Shown here: positions 30,278-39,928 of the stretch, one piece after another
How the letters are laid out: each line of letters begins with the position of its first letter
Numbering within the stretch: the stretch's first letter is position 1
Program-made: the position numbers and the translations under genes
The notes under the pieces: generated by a model
Databases searched by the model: none
The model's input: only the letters and a program-made list of their open reading frames with translations
Told to the model about the DNA's origin: nothing
Origin: an uncultured Phycisphaerales bacterium
Lineage (GTDB): Bacteria > Planctomycetota > Phycisphaerae > Sedimentisphaerales > Anaerobacaceae
NCBI GenBank assembly: GCA_963718665.1
Contig: OY970359.1
Span: forward strand, 448,001 to 512,000
Length of the DNA: 64,000 nucleotides
Direction of reading: 5' to 3'

Positions 30278-31540
30278 ATGAACGGCGAAAACCAGGCGGG
30301 CATAATTCTCGACAGCTTGCTGTTTCCGAGGATATTCCGCAGCTTTCGGATGGCGATACAGCCGAGCAAACTGATAATCGCGTTTTGCATGATAGCGATG
30401 ACGGGCTTAGTCGGTTGGCTTATGGATTTGCCGAAAACAGTGGTAACAACGCCGGGGACAAACGGGATCGAGACGGAACTTAATCTTTTCCTGACGGCGC
30501 CGGAACGGCTCGACTCGTACATCGAAAGAAACGAAGATACCGAATACCACAGGGGGGTCTTTTCGACGATGTGGGGTTTCGGGATTGCGAAATTTCACGG
30601 CTCACTAAAAGCAATTTTCAGATTCGACCTGTTCGGCGTCCTGGATAATATCCAGGAGTACCTGCGGGCAATAAAATGGGCAATCCGGTATCACTTTATT
30701 TACTGCCTGATTTTCGCGGTGATAAATCTGAGCATCGCCGCGGTTGGCGGCGGCGCAATTTGCCGAATTGCCGCGTTACAATTCGCCCAAAACGAAAAAC
30801 CCGGCATCACAGAGTCGCTGCGATTCAGCACAAAAAGATTCACAAGCTTCTTCGGAACGCCCATTGTGCCTATGATAATAATCGCAATCGCCGGCGTTTT
30901 CGTAGTATTAGTTGGCCTGATAAGCGATATCCCGTTTGGCCTTGGAGAGATTGGCACGGGCCTTTTAATGCTGCCCGCCCTTGCCGCCGGGGCAATCATA
31001 GCCGCTGTTATCCTGGGTGTTATCGGCGGACTTAATCTGGCATTCCCCGCCGTCGCATATGACGGCTCCGACGGCCTTGACGCCGTCAGCCGCTCATTCA
31101 ACTATGTTTACGCCAAACCCTGGCGACTGGGCTTTTATACGGCGACGGCGGTAATCTATGGTGCTATTTGTTATATCTTCGTTCGCTTCTTCGCGTTTCT
31201 GCTTTTGTGGTCAACATACAGGGGACTTCGTGTGGGGGCTTTTACGCAAAGCGCCCGCGGCCTGACGGATAAAATTGCCGCGATTTGGCCTGAACCGACT
31301 TTTCCCCGCCTGCTGTCATACTCTCAGGCAACCGGCAGCGGTTCGGAATCAATAGCGGCGCTTCTGGTATATCTTTCCGCCCTTGTAATCGTCGGGCTGG
31401 TCGCATCATTCATAATCAGCTTTTATTTCTCGTCGAATACCGTGATATACGCATTAATGCGAAATCAGGTGGATGAGACGCCGCTGGAGACGGTTTACAC
31501 CGAGACAGCGGAAATAAAAAAGCCCGTTCACCTGAGTTGA
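30278..31540 (+). CDS. Hypothetical multi-pass membrane protein
   Basis: Several TM segments, DAVSRSFNYVYAKPW; AAAGGA RBS before ATG 30278. Confidence 0.75.
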   Translation: MNGENQAGIILDSLLFPRIFRSFRMAIQPSKLIIAFCMIAMTGLVGWLMDLPKTVVTTPGTNGIETELNLFLTAPERLDSYIERNEDTEYHRGVFSTMWGFGIAKFHGSLKAIFRFDLFGVLDNIQEYLRAIKWAIRYHFIYCLIFAVINLSIAAVGGGAICRIAALQFAQNEKPGITESLRFSTKRFTSFFGTPIVPMIIIAIAGVFVVLVGLISDIPFGLGEIGTGLLMLPALAAGAIIAAVILGVIGGLNLAFPAVAYDGSDGLDAVSRSFNYVYAKPWRLGFYTATAVIYGAICYIFVRFFAFLLLWSTYRGLRVGAFTQSARGLTDKIAAIWPEPTFPRLLSYSQATGSGSESIAALLVYLSALVIVGLVASFIISFYFSSNTVIYALMRNQVDETPLETVYTETAEIKKPVHLS

Positions 31541-31713
31541 CCGCCGACCGTTAAAACTGTAAGATAACGCCAAAACTGTTATGATATGATGTCTTAAAAT
31601 ACCACCCCAACTGTCCGATAAACACGCCAGCGGCGTTTCTGGGCAGCCGTTTAAGTGACAATTGAAGAATATATCTTTATAATGCAGGTGGCTTGGCCTG
31701 CCGATACTAAGTT

Positions 31714-33666
31714 ATGACCGAACCAAACTCTGATAAGCAGACAAATTATAAAACCGCAAATCTGGCGGCTTCTCAATCCGTGCCTAACGCGATGCTGAAG
31801 TTTCGCAGGCCTCTTATAGTACTGGCACATCTTGTCGCATTCGCGGTGTCACTGCTGCTGTCCTTCCTGGCAACATCGAATATGCAGCTACAGGCAGAGT
31901 GGCTGACAAAACAATATCCGCCCCTGCTGGTATTGGTCATTATCATCAAAACAGTGATTTTCGGACTCTTCAAGCAATATCGCGGGTGGTGGCGGTACGT
32001 CGGTATATCGGATTTGACGGGCATAGTGCGGGCGTCGCTGGTCAGCACAATACTGATTTTTGGGTTGTGGGTGGCGGGGCTGTATATCGACCCTGTCCGA
32101 AAAAACATTCCTAATATATCTGACGTCAGCCAGGCGGTATTTGTGGTGGATATGTTCTGCACCATATTACTCCTCGCCGGGCTTCGCATGGCCACCCGGC
32201 TGTATTACGAGGAATTCCGCACGGTCGAAGCGGGCAAACTAAAGCGATTTTTGATTGTGGGAGCGGGCAACACCGGCGAATCACTTCTGCGAGAGATTCA
32301 TCGAATGGCCGTGGCCGAATATGATGTGGTGGGTTTCATCGACGACGACCCCGCCAAACAGGGCATACACATACATGATATCCCGGTTCTGGGGACAGTT
32401 GAGCAGCTTCCTGAGATATGCAAGGAGAAAAACATCGAGGAGGTAGCCATCGCGATGCCCTCGGCGACGGTTCCCCAGCGAAGGCGCGTAGTGCAGGTCT
32501 GCCAGGGGACAAAGGTCCGCTTCAGGACGGTCCCGTCGATGACGGATATCGCGGGGGGCAGATTCAGGGTTTCGCAAATTCGCGACGTGGATATTAACGA
32601 CCTGCTGGGTCGCGAGGCAATCCAGCTTGACACGGATTCGATAGAGACATTTATCAGGGGAAAAATAATTCTGGTTACCGGCGCGGGCGGCTCAATCGGC
32701 TCGGAAATGTGCCGGCAGATTTGCCGTTTCGGGCCTAAAATGCTGCTGCTCGTCGAGCAGGCGGAAAACCCGCTGTTTTATATCGAGCGAGAGCTTCGTG
32801 AGAGATTCCCGGATATCGCTATGACTGCCGTCGTGTGCGACATTACCGACCAGCTTCGAGTTGAGGGTATTTTCGAGAAATACAGGCCTGAAGTAATCAT
32901 ACACGCTGCGGCACACAAACACGTGCCTTTGATGGAAGGCAACCCAGGCGAGGCGATTAAAAACAACGTCGTGGGTAGCCGCACGGTCGCGGATGCCGCG
33001 GATAAATTCGGCGCGGAAAGTTTCGTGATGATAAGCACCGACAAAGCGGTCAATCCCACCAGTATAATGGGGTCATCCAAGCGAATCGCGGAAACTTATG
33101 TGCAGGACTTGAACAGAACAAGCAAAACGCATTTTGTTACGGTGCGGTTCGGCAACGTGCTCGGCTCAGAGGGTTCGGTTGTCCCAATCTTCAAAAAACA
33201 GATTGCACAGGGCGGCCCCGTAACGGTAACGCATCCGGAAATGAAACGCTATTTTATGACAATACCCGAAGCCAGCCAGCTTGTCCTTCAGGCGGCATCG
33301 ATGGGCAAGGGCGGCGAGATTTTCGTGCTCGATATGGGCGAGCCGGTGAAGATTGTGGATTTGGCGACGGAATTGATTACCTTAAGCGGCTTCAGACCGG
33401 GCGTTGATATCGAGATAGTTTTCACGGGATTACGCCCAGGCGAAAAGCTCTTCGAGGAGCTTTCGATAAAGGGCGAGGATATGCAGGAAACCAGACACCC
33501 GAAAATCGGTATCTGGAAGAATATCCCGATGGATCGCGACCGCCTGCGGGCAAAAATCGAGGAACTCGTGGCAATCGCTAAAATCGGCGAGCACGCCGCT
33601 ATAGTGGCGAAGATTAAAGAGCTTGTCCCCGAATACATCGGCAGCAACGGCAATAAAACAACTTAA
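31714..33666 (+). CDS. Membrane-bound nucleoside-diphosphate sugar dehydratase (PglF/CapD/WbpM family)
   Basis: Four N-terminal TM helices, TGAGGSIGSE, HAAAHKHVP, STDKAVNPTSIMGSSKR, VRFGNVLGS, RPGEKLFEEL. Confidence 0.93.
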   Translation: MTEPNSDKQTNYKTANLAASQSVPNAMLKFRRPLIVLAHLVAFAVSLLLSFLATSNMQLQAEWLTKQYPPLLVLVIIIKTVIFGLFKQYRGWWRYVGISDLTGIVRASLVSTILIFGLWVAGLYIDPVRKNIPNISDVSQAVFVVDMFCTILLLAGLRMATRLYYEEFRTVEAGKLKRFLIVGAGNTGESLLREIHRMAVAEYDVVGFIDDDPAKQGIHIHDIPVLGTVEQLPEICKEKNIEEVAIAMPSATVPQRRRVVQVCQGTKVRFRTVPSMTDIAGGRFRVSQIRDVDINDLLGREAIQLDTDSIETFIRGKIILVTGAGGSIGSEMCRQICRFGPKMLLLVEQAENPLFYIERELRERFPDIAMTAVVCDITDQLRVEGIFEKYRPEVIIHAAAHKHVPLMEGNPGEAIKNNVVGSRTVADAADKFGAESFVMISTDKAVNPTSIMGSSKRIAETYVQDLNRTSKTHFVTVRFGNVLGSEGSVVPIFKKQIAQGGPVTVTHPEMKRYFMTIPEASQLVLQAASMGKGGEIFVLDMGEPVKIVDLATELITLSGFRPGVDIEIVFTGLRPGEKLFEELSIKGEDMQETRHPKIGIWKNIPMDRDRLRAKIEELVAIAKIGEHAAIVAKIKELVPEYIGSNGNKTT

Positions 33667-33693
33667 TCCGACATATCCAATTACCTGAAAAGC

Positions 33694-33730
33694 AAAAGGG
33701 CCGGCGATAATCGTCGGCCCTTGTTTTTTT
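33694..33730. terminator. Intrinsic terminator between convergent genes
   Basis: AAAAGGGCCGGCGA-TAA-TCGTCGGCCCTT followed by a T tract. Confidence 0.75.
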
Positions 33731-33747
33731 ATCGCTGTAAAATCTGA

Positions 33748-34800
33748 TTAGTTTTCAGATTTAGGCGGATCGTTTTTATCCTCCGTAGCTTTAGCGAAGG
33801 AGGATTCCCTCGGATGCGCAGCGGAGTAAACTTCCTTTATCTTGCCGGTCGTCAGATGCGTGTATATCTGGGTGGTTGAAAGCGACTGATGGCCGAGCAA
33901 TTCCTGAACACTGCGGAGGTCTGCGCCACGATTGAGCATATGGGTGGCAAAACTGTGCCGGAGTGTATGCGGGCTGATTGCGGGGTCGAGGCCCGCCATT
34001 TTGAGGTATTTGTCCATTTTCCGGCGGACGCTTCGAGTGCTGAGCCGTTTGCCGTGCTTATTGACGAACAGGACCTTGCCGTCGAAGTTGCCGTTGAGCT
34101 GGGCACGCTTGTTCCTGAACTCCATATAATGCTGGACGATTTGCAGGACCGAGGAGCTGATGGGGCAGATTCTTTCTTTTTTGCCTTTGCCCCTGATGTG
34201 AACGACTTCGCCGAGGAAGTCGATATCTTCGAGGTTAAGCGCGACAATTTCGCTTACCCGCATGCCGGTGCTGTAAAGCGTTTCCATAATCGCCCTGTCA
34301 CGGGCGCCGAGCCAGCTATCTGTCGGCGGCGTTTCGAGCAGGCGTTTTACCTGTTCATATTCGAGGAAACGCGGAAGGCGTTTTTCCTGCTTTGGCGTAC
34401 GTATGCCGACTACCGGGTTTGAGCTTACGCGGTTTCTTTTGACCAGGAACTTATAGAAGCTGCGAAGCGTCGCGAGCTTTCGTGCGATGGTGGCCTTCGA
34501 GTACTGCTTTTCATTCAGCGACGCCATATACGACCTTATGGCATTAACATCGGCTGATGCGAGCAACTGGTCAACATCGACCTTGGTCTGGGTCGCGACC
34601 GCGGTAGCCGTGCCGGAGTCGTGTGAGCCAAGCCCGTCGTCGTGGCCGTGCACATCGGAACCGCCTGCGTCGCTGTGGCCGGTGAGAAACCCGCCAAACT
34701 GAAGCAGGTCAACGCCGTAGCACTTGGCCGTATGGGGGCTGAAACGTTTTTCGAACTGGAGGTAGTTTAGAAAGTCCTGAATAATTACGCTGTCTTCCAT
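33748..34800 (-). CDS. xerC: Tyrosine recombinase XerC
   Basis: SPHTAKCY, ARKLATLRSFYKFL, RDRAIMETLYSTGMRVSE, GKGKKER, PHTLRHSFATH, LLGH..LSTTQIYTH. Confidence 0.85.
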   Translation of the reverse strand: MEDSVIIQDFLNYLQFEKRFSPHTAKCYGVDLLQFGGFLTGHSDAGGSDVHGHDDGLGSHDSGTATAVATQTKVDVDQLLASADVNAIRSYMASLNEKQYSKATIARKLATLRSFYKFLVKRNRVSSNPVVGIRTPKQEKRLPRFLEYEQVKRLLETPPTDSWLGARDRAIMETLYSTGMRVSEIVALNLEDIDFLGEVVHIRGKGKKERICPISSSVLQIVQHYMEFRNKRAQLNGNFDGKVLFVNKHGKRLSTRSVRRKMDKYLKMAGLDPAISPHTLRHSFATHMLNRGADLRSVQELLGHQSLSTTQIYTHLTTGKIKEVYSAAHPRESSFAKATEDKNDPPKSEN

Positions 34801-34865
34801 AACTTGTCCGCCTTTATCACAAACAAAAAATTGCGAGCCCCCGGGGAGGCCTCGCGGTTTTTGGT

Positions 34866-35105
34866 TTATTGTTTAACTTTTACCTTGTCAGCAATTAGTT
34901 CGTCGGCCTGACCTATAAGGGACTGCGTAAGCTTGAAACTCAGGACAGCGGCGTCGAACCAGTCGAAATCGGTCCGGCCGCTTCTGGCCTGGTCAACAAG
35001 GACATCCAGTAATTTATCCTCAGAACCCGCTTCATAACGGAAGATAAACTTCTGTTTGCCCTTTTTGAGAATGAGTTGTTTGCTTGCTTTACTCACAGCG
35101 ACCAA
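34866..35105 (-). CDS. Small hypothetical protein upstream of xerC
   Basis: 79 aa ORF with GAAGGA RBS; FIFRY...FDWFDAAVLS. Confidence 0.7.
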   Translation of the reverse strand: MVAVSKASKQLILKKGKQKFIFRYEAGSEDKLLDVLVDQARSGRTDFDWFDAAVLSFKLTQSLIGQADELIADKVKVKQ

Positions 35106-35343
35106 GTTCCTTCATTCCTAAATTCCACCGGGGACGACATTCCCCTTTTCTTTATCGGTCGTAATACGGAACACTTAAGTGGCCAAGTATAATTTTCTTC
35201 ACCGGAGGCGATAATATCGCCGTTGGCTAAAAGGCCACAGGAGTTTTATCGGCCAATAGGCCACAGGTCTTTACAAATTGAAGGAGATTGTTATGAGATT
35301 TTTAGAGGATTTTCACGGTCGCAATAGCTTACGGACGTTGCGG

Positions 35344-36276
35344 TTAAAACGCCCCGAAGAAGGTTTTGCCCTGCTTGTTTTCGGACCAGATTACCCTCTG
35401 GTCTTTAAGCTCGTCGAGATAGACCAGCGCATCGGCTGCATCGAGGCCGAGAACCGAGCAAACGTCGTTTAGCGAACAAGGTCTGCGTTTCAGCATTGAT
35501 AACAGCGTTTGAGGAACATCGGAGGCAGTTTTTCGGCAGTGTCCGGATACGAAATCCGCAATAACCTCACAATTAGGGGAAAGCCGGCGGGCTATCTCTT
35601 CAAGCTTGTCGGGGGCCACTTTTTCGATATTTTTTTCGGCAGTCGGCCTGACGGCAGTATTCAGATGAACCTTGTCGGGGCAGATTTTTTTTATCGCCTC
35701 GGAAATTTTTGCAACCTGGGCATCGTCGGTGTTCAATTTATCAACGAAGAAAACCTCAAGCCAGATTTGGCCTGGATAATCCCTTTTTAAGGCGCACAAG
35801 CCCTCAACAAGCATGTCAAAAGTAAGCTGTTCAACCGGGCGATTGATGGCCTCATAGGTTTGCTGGTCGCCGGCGTCCAGTGAAGGTAAAATCACGTCAG
35901 CACCGGCACAATCTTTTCTGACCTCGGGCAGGCAAAAAAGCGTGCCGTTTGTAAGGACGGCCACGGGGATAGAGGTTAGTTTTTTGATGCCTGCTATGAG
36001 CCGGCCTATACCTGAATGCAGGGTGGGTTCACCTGAGCCGCCAAGGGTTATGTAGTCAGCCGCAAGACCGGCATCCAGAATATCCTGTAGTTCGACGAGA
36101 ATGTCGTTGACCGGGACATATTCTTTCCGCTCAAGGGTTTTGCAGGTGGTTTTGCCGAGCTGGCAATAAACGCAATCAAGGGTGCAGGTCTTGAAAGGAA
36201 CGATATCTACGCCCAAACTGAGTCCCAGCCGGCGAGAGGGCACCGGCCCGTAGAGGTGTTTACCTGTATTAGCCAT
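35344..36276 (-). CDS. Radical SAM protein
   Basis: YGPVPSRRLGLSLG, CTLDCVYC (CxxxCxxC), GSGEPTL, LTNG. Confidence 0.9.
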   Translation of the reverse strand: MANTGKHLYGPVPSRRLGLSLGVDIVPFKTCTLDCVYCQLGKTTCKTLERKEYVPVNDILVELQDILDAGLAADYITLGGSGEPTLHSGIGRLIAGIKKLTSIPVAVLTNGTLFCLPEVRKDCAGADVILPSLDAGDQQTYEAINRPVEQLTFDMLVEGLCALKRDYPGQIWLEVFFVDKLNTDDAQVAKISEAIKKICPDKVHLNTAVRPTAEKNIEKVAPDKLEEIARRLSPNCEVIADFVSGHCRKTASDVPQTLLSMLKRRPCSLNDVCSVLGLDAADALVYLDELKDQRVIWSENKQGKTFFGAF

Positions 36277-37105
36277 TTTTTGCTCCGCTGGTTATTTCGA
36301 AGATTTTTCTGCAATCCGTTAGCAGTTCCTCAACCCATTCAATGGGCATAACAACAGCGGAGTCGGATTTTGCCTGCCGAGGGTTGGTATGAACCTCAAG
36401 GAAAAGGGCGTTTGCGCCCGCGGCAATCGCGGCTTTTGCGAGAATGGGGGCGAATTGCCGCCTGCCTCCCGTCGCATTGCCCAAGCCCCCCGGCTGCTGG
36501 GTGCTGTGGGTCGCATCGAAAACGACGGGGCAGCCAAGACCCTTCATAATACTGATAGCGGTCATATCGTTGACAAGTCGATTGTAGCCGAAGAACGTGC
36601 CACGTTCGGTGAGCATTATTTTGTCGTTGCCGCACGAGCGAATCTTCTCGACGACGTTGGTCATCTCTTTGGGCGAAAGGAACTGCCCTTTTTTGACATT
36701 TACCGGCTTGCCCGTCTCGGCGCAGGCACAGAGCAAATCGGTCTGCCTGCACAAAAAAGCGGGAATCTGAAGGGCATCGACAACTTTAGCGACCTTTTCG
36801 GCCTGCTCAGGCAGGTGAACGTCGGTCATAACGGGCAATTTAACCTTATCCCTCACAGCGGCTAAGATTTCGAGGCCCTTTTTCAGCCCGGGACCCCGAA
36901 AACTGGAAACGCTGCTGCGGTTGGCCTTGTCGAAACTTGCCTTGTAAATAACACCTATGCCTGTGTGTGAGGAAATATCCGCGAGCCGATTAGCAATATC
37001 AAGGCAGATTTGCTTTGTCTCGATTACGCAAGGCCCTGCGATTAGAAACATCGGGGCCTTGAGGCCGATATCAACAGAACCGATTTTGAAGGTTTTTGTT
37101 TTCAT
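36269..37105 (-). CDS. kdsA: 3-deoxy-8-phosphooctulonate synthase
   Basis: IAGPCVIE, KASFDKANRS, QIPAFLCRQTDL, KKGQFLSP, FDATHSTQQPG. Confidence 0.97.
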   Translation of the reverse strand: MKTKTFKIGSVDIGLKAPMFLIAGPCVIETKQICLDIANRLADISSHTGIGVIYKASFDKANRSSVSSFRGPGLKKGLEILAAVRDKVKLPVMTDVHLPEQAEKVAKVVDALQIPAFLCRQTDLLCACAETGKPVNVKKGQFLSPKEMTNVVEKIRSCGNDKIMLTERGTFFGYNRLVNDMTAISIMKGLGCPVVFDATHSTQQPGGLGNATGGRRQFAPILAKAAIAAGANALFLEVHTNPRQAKSDSAVVMPIEWVEELLTDCRKIFEITSGAKNG

Positions 37106-37503
37106 ATCTGCCGTCTCATTATCAACATTATGCGGTTGGTTGTCAAACCCCTATTACTGCGTTTTGTAAGTTCCTCGGCTATTATCTGTTTTAAAAAAGG
37201 ACGCGAGCTTTTTTTACGAGGATTACCGTGTTTTTAGGCCAAAATGGGGAATTTTGAAGAGATAGTCCAAAAAAACTTAAAAATCTGCTGATTTGCCAAG
37301 TTTAAGCTTGACAATGTAGATGGGAAGGGTAGCTTTCTAACAGGTAAATTCGGAGTTATTTGGGCCCTCTAAAAAAAGAGAGTAGAGTGATAATGAGGAG
37401 AAGAGAGGGCAACGTGGATTCTGAAATTAGACGTGCATTTCTCTTTGCTCCCCATTACCGAATATGAGGAAGAAACGATAAATTTTTAGGGAAAGGGAAG
37501 AAA

Positions 37504-38106
37504 ATGAAAACAAATCATCATCAACTCTGCATGGCGTTATTCGCCATGACCTTGCTGGCCTCAACAGCCCCGGCGACTATTACGGTGTACTGCGACGCAA
37601 ATGAGTTTATGAACGCAATCCCAAGCCCGGGCTACTTTACGGCGTACTGGGATACGCTCAACGGAGAGAAGGATTATGTGGCTCAACTTAATGATGGCGA
37701 ATATGCATTTCATGCCCACGCTGATAATGGGTTGCGTTCCGAGTTTGGCGGTAGTGCGTTATCAACCTGTGATGCGACCGACCTGCTACAGTTCACGTTC
37801 GAGAATAGCCCTGAAGAGGTTCATAGCGTCGGTGGAATCTTTGCCAGTACGGACTACATGGGCAATCCCACCGGTCAGGAGCTGGATATTGTGGTGGAAG
37901 ACATTTTACACTCGACGGTGACGGTGCCTATCTGGGGCAGCTGCTTCGTCGGGTTCGTGAGCGATATCCCGCTCGCTTTGCTGACGCTCGACAGCGTGGA
38001 CGACTGGCCGCAGGTGACCATCTTCCATGCCGACAGCCCAGAGCCAGCGACATTGGTTCTCTTGGCGTTGGGTGGGTGTACACTTTTGAAAAAACGCAGG
38101 GCATAA
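37504..38106 (+). CDS. PEP-CTERM sorting domain protein
   Basis: Signal peptide and C-terminal SPEPATLVLLALGGCTLLKKRRA. Confidence 0.85.
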   Translation: MKTNHHQLCMALFAMTLLASTAPATITVYCDANEFMNAIPSPGYFTAYWDTLNGEKDYVAQLNDGEYAFHAHADNGLRSEFGGSALSTCDATDLLQFTFENSPEEVHSVGGIFASTDYMGNPTGQELDIVVEDILHSTVTVPIWGSCFVGFVSDIPLALLTLDSVDDWPQVTIFHADSPEPATLVLLALGGCTLLKKRRA

Positions 38107-38139
38107 AAAGCTCGAAAAGACAACTTGTGTTACAAATCG

Positions 38140-38170
38140 AAGGGCTGTGCGAACAACACAGCCCTTTTTC
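38140..38170 (+). terminator. Intrinsic terminator after the PEP-CTERM gene
   Basis: AAGGGCTGTG-loop-CACAGCCCTTTTT. Confidence 0.7.
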
Positions 38171-38388
38171 TGTTTTCTATATCTGATTACCAGCCCAAAA
38201 ACCTAAGAGCATCTAACATAATGAAGAAGCCACGGATTGACACTGTTGATTTTAGACACGGATTAACACGGATTTACACTGTTTATAATTCATTTCTCTG
38301 TGTCCTCTGTGGCTAAAAAACTCTGTGGCTAAACTCCTTTTTGTTAGAGTGTTTAAATAATCAGCCGAGAGATTTACGAAATGCCGAA

Positions 38389-39345
38389 CTATTTCAACGC
38401 CCTTAGAATTTGCGCCCTGATACCCGCCGGCTTGGCGCCTTCGGGAACCATCACTCGCACCGCTTTGGGAATAATGGATATGCTGACGGGCACTGCCGGG
38501 CCCGGGTCGCCGTCTATTTCGGTAGCCAGTTTCGGATTCGGGGAATTAATGGTTACATTTTTACCCTGGCGATAGATGACGTCGCCGCAGCGAGGGTGCC
38601 GCTGAAAGATGGTCATCACGGAATGTTTGACTAAATGTGTCCTGTGGGAGCATTTGTAAACGCAGACATCAAGAAGCCCATCGCTGTAGTCGGCGCGTTC
38701 GAGAATATTAAGGCCCAGAGCATATCTGGAGATGTTGCCGACAAAAACAAGTCCCCGCCCGTCAAAAATCTGCTCGCCATCGACCTCGACGGTAATCGGG
38801 TCGAAACGATACCGCCAAAATGTCCGCCAGAGCGGCCAGAAGTAATCGAAATAATTGATGTGTCCGATACGATTCCCGCTGACCTCGGCGACAACCTCGC
38901 CGTCAAAACCGAAACCGGCTATCGAGGTAAAACACCTGCCGTTGGCGTTGCCCAAATCGAAATCGCGGGTAAAACCCGCTTCGAATGTCCGCGTCAGCGT
39001 CTCAAGCGATTTTTCGAGGCCCAATTCGTTCGCAAGGAGATTTTCGGTGCCGCCGGGAATAATCAGCAACGGCTTATCGCTACCCGAAAGCCCGTGCGCA
39101 ACCTCCCTGATAGTACCGTCGCCTCCCACTGCGACAACCATTGAGCAATTAGAGTCGGCAGCGGCATCTGAAGCAAGCTCGCAGGCGTGCTCCAGCGAAC
39201 GGGTGAGATTCATACGAACTTCGAAGCCCCTGTCCGTCAGGTATTCCTCGAATCGCCAGCCGGGCAGCTTCTCGCCGGTGCTCGCGCCGGACTTGGGGTT
39301 GATTATATAAGCGATATAACCGTCTTCTGGTTTAATTGCGCTCAT
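38389..39345 (-). CDS. Diacylglycerol kinase family lipid kinase (YegS/BmrU-like)
   Basis: IINPKSG, VGGDGT, PGGTENLLA, GFGFDG, IDGD. Confidence 0.9.
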   Translation of the reverse strand: MSAIKPEDGYIAYIINPKSGASTGEKLPGWRFEEYLTDRGFEVRMNLTRSLEHACELASDAAADSNCSMVVAVGGDGTIREVAHGLSGSDKPLLIIPGGTENLLANELGLEKSLETLTRTFEAGFTRDFDLGNANGRCFTSIAGFGFDGEVVAEVSGNRIGHINYFDYFWPLWRTFWRYRFDPITVEVDGEQIFDGRGLVFVGNISRYALGLNILERADYSDGLLDVCVYKCSHRTHLVKHSVMTIFQRHPRCGDVIYRQGKNVTINSPNPKLATEIDGDPGPAVPVSISIIPKAVRVMVPEGAKPAGIRAQILRALK

Positions 39346-39353
39346 AGTAACCG

Positions 39354-39911
39354 CTAAAAGAAAACCCTATTGTTTTTTCTTCCGCGTCTTCGGAACTGCT
39401 TGGCCATCATTACGGCGTAACTCTGGTGTATGTGCGGCAAATCTTCCAGACCCAGTTTTTTCTGCACGGCGGCGATTTTCTTTTCGCCCGGCCCTTCTAT
39501 TTCCACAAACCTGCCTAAAAGCGGCAGCTCATCGAGCGCTACTTCACATTCGCCATAATGCCACGCCCGACGCTTCTTTTGATACACAATCGTCTTTTTA
39601 TACCCAATCGCTTCAAGGAACATCTCCGCCAGCCGGCCATCATCGACCTCGAACTGAATTTCCTGTCTTTGCTTGAAACGCCCTTCCCGCCTCGGGCCTT
39701 TGAAAGTTATCACGACCTGATCCCTTCGGCCGATTAACTGGTGTCGAAGGCGCAACGCGCTGTCGGATTTTCTCAGCGACGACTTGCCGTCGTCAAAATA
39801 TGCGTCGGTATGAAGCCGCTCCCGCAAAAACTCTGCGTCGAGGGCCTTTAACCTTTTTTCAATGCCCTTGAACGAATCAACCTTCAGCTTCGCTTCGATT
39901 TCGATATACAT
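39354..39911 (-). CDS. cyaB: CYTH-domain protein (class IV adenylate cyclase-like)
   Basis: EIEAK, DAYFD, ALRLR, TFKGP, KKRR, LGRFVEIEG, SY. Confidence 0.85.
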   Translation of the reverse strand: MYIEIEAKLKVDSFKGIEKRLKALDAEFLRERLHTDAYFDDGKSSLRKSDSALRLRHQLIGRRDQVVITFKGPRREGRFKQRQEIQFEVDDGRLAEMFLEAIGYKKTIVYQKKRRAWHYGECEVALDELPLLGRFVEIEGPGEKKIAAVQKKLGLEDLPHIHQSYAVMMAKQFRRRGRKNNRVFF

Positions 39912-39928
39912 AGGTCCCCGATATCAGC

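Noticed and set aside
33748..34800. Integron integrase or prophage integrase
   Set aside because: Sequence fits chromosomal XerC, lacks the IntI-specific insertion, and I found no attC-like sites or phage genes nearby.
35207..35222. Fluoride riboswitch (GGCGATAATATCGCC)
   Set aside because: Only a short palindrome; the downstream pseudoknot motif is missing and no fluoride-related gene follows.
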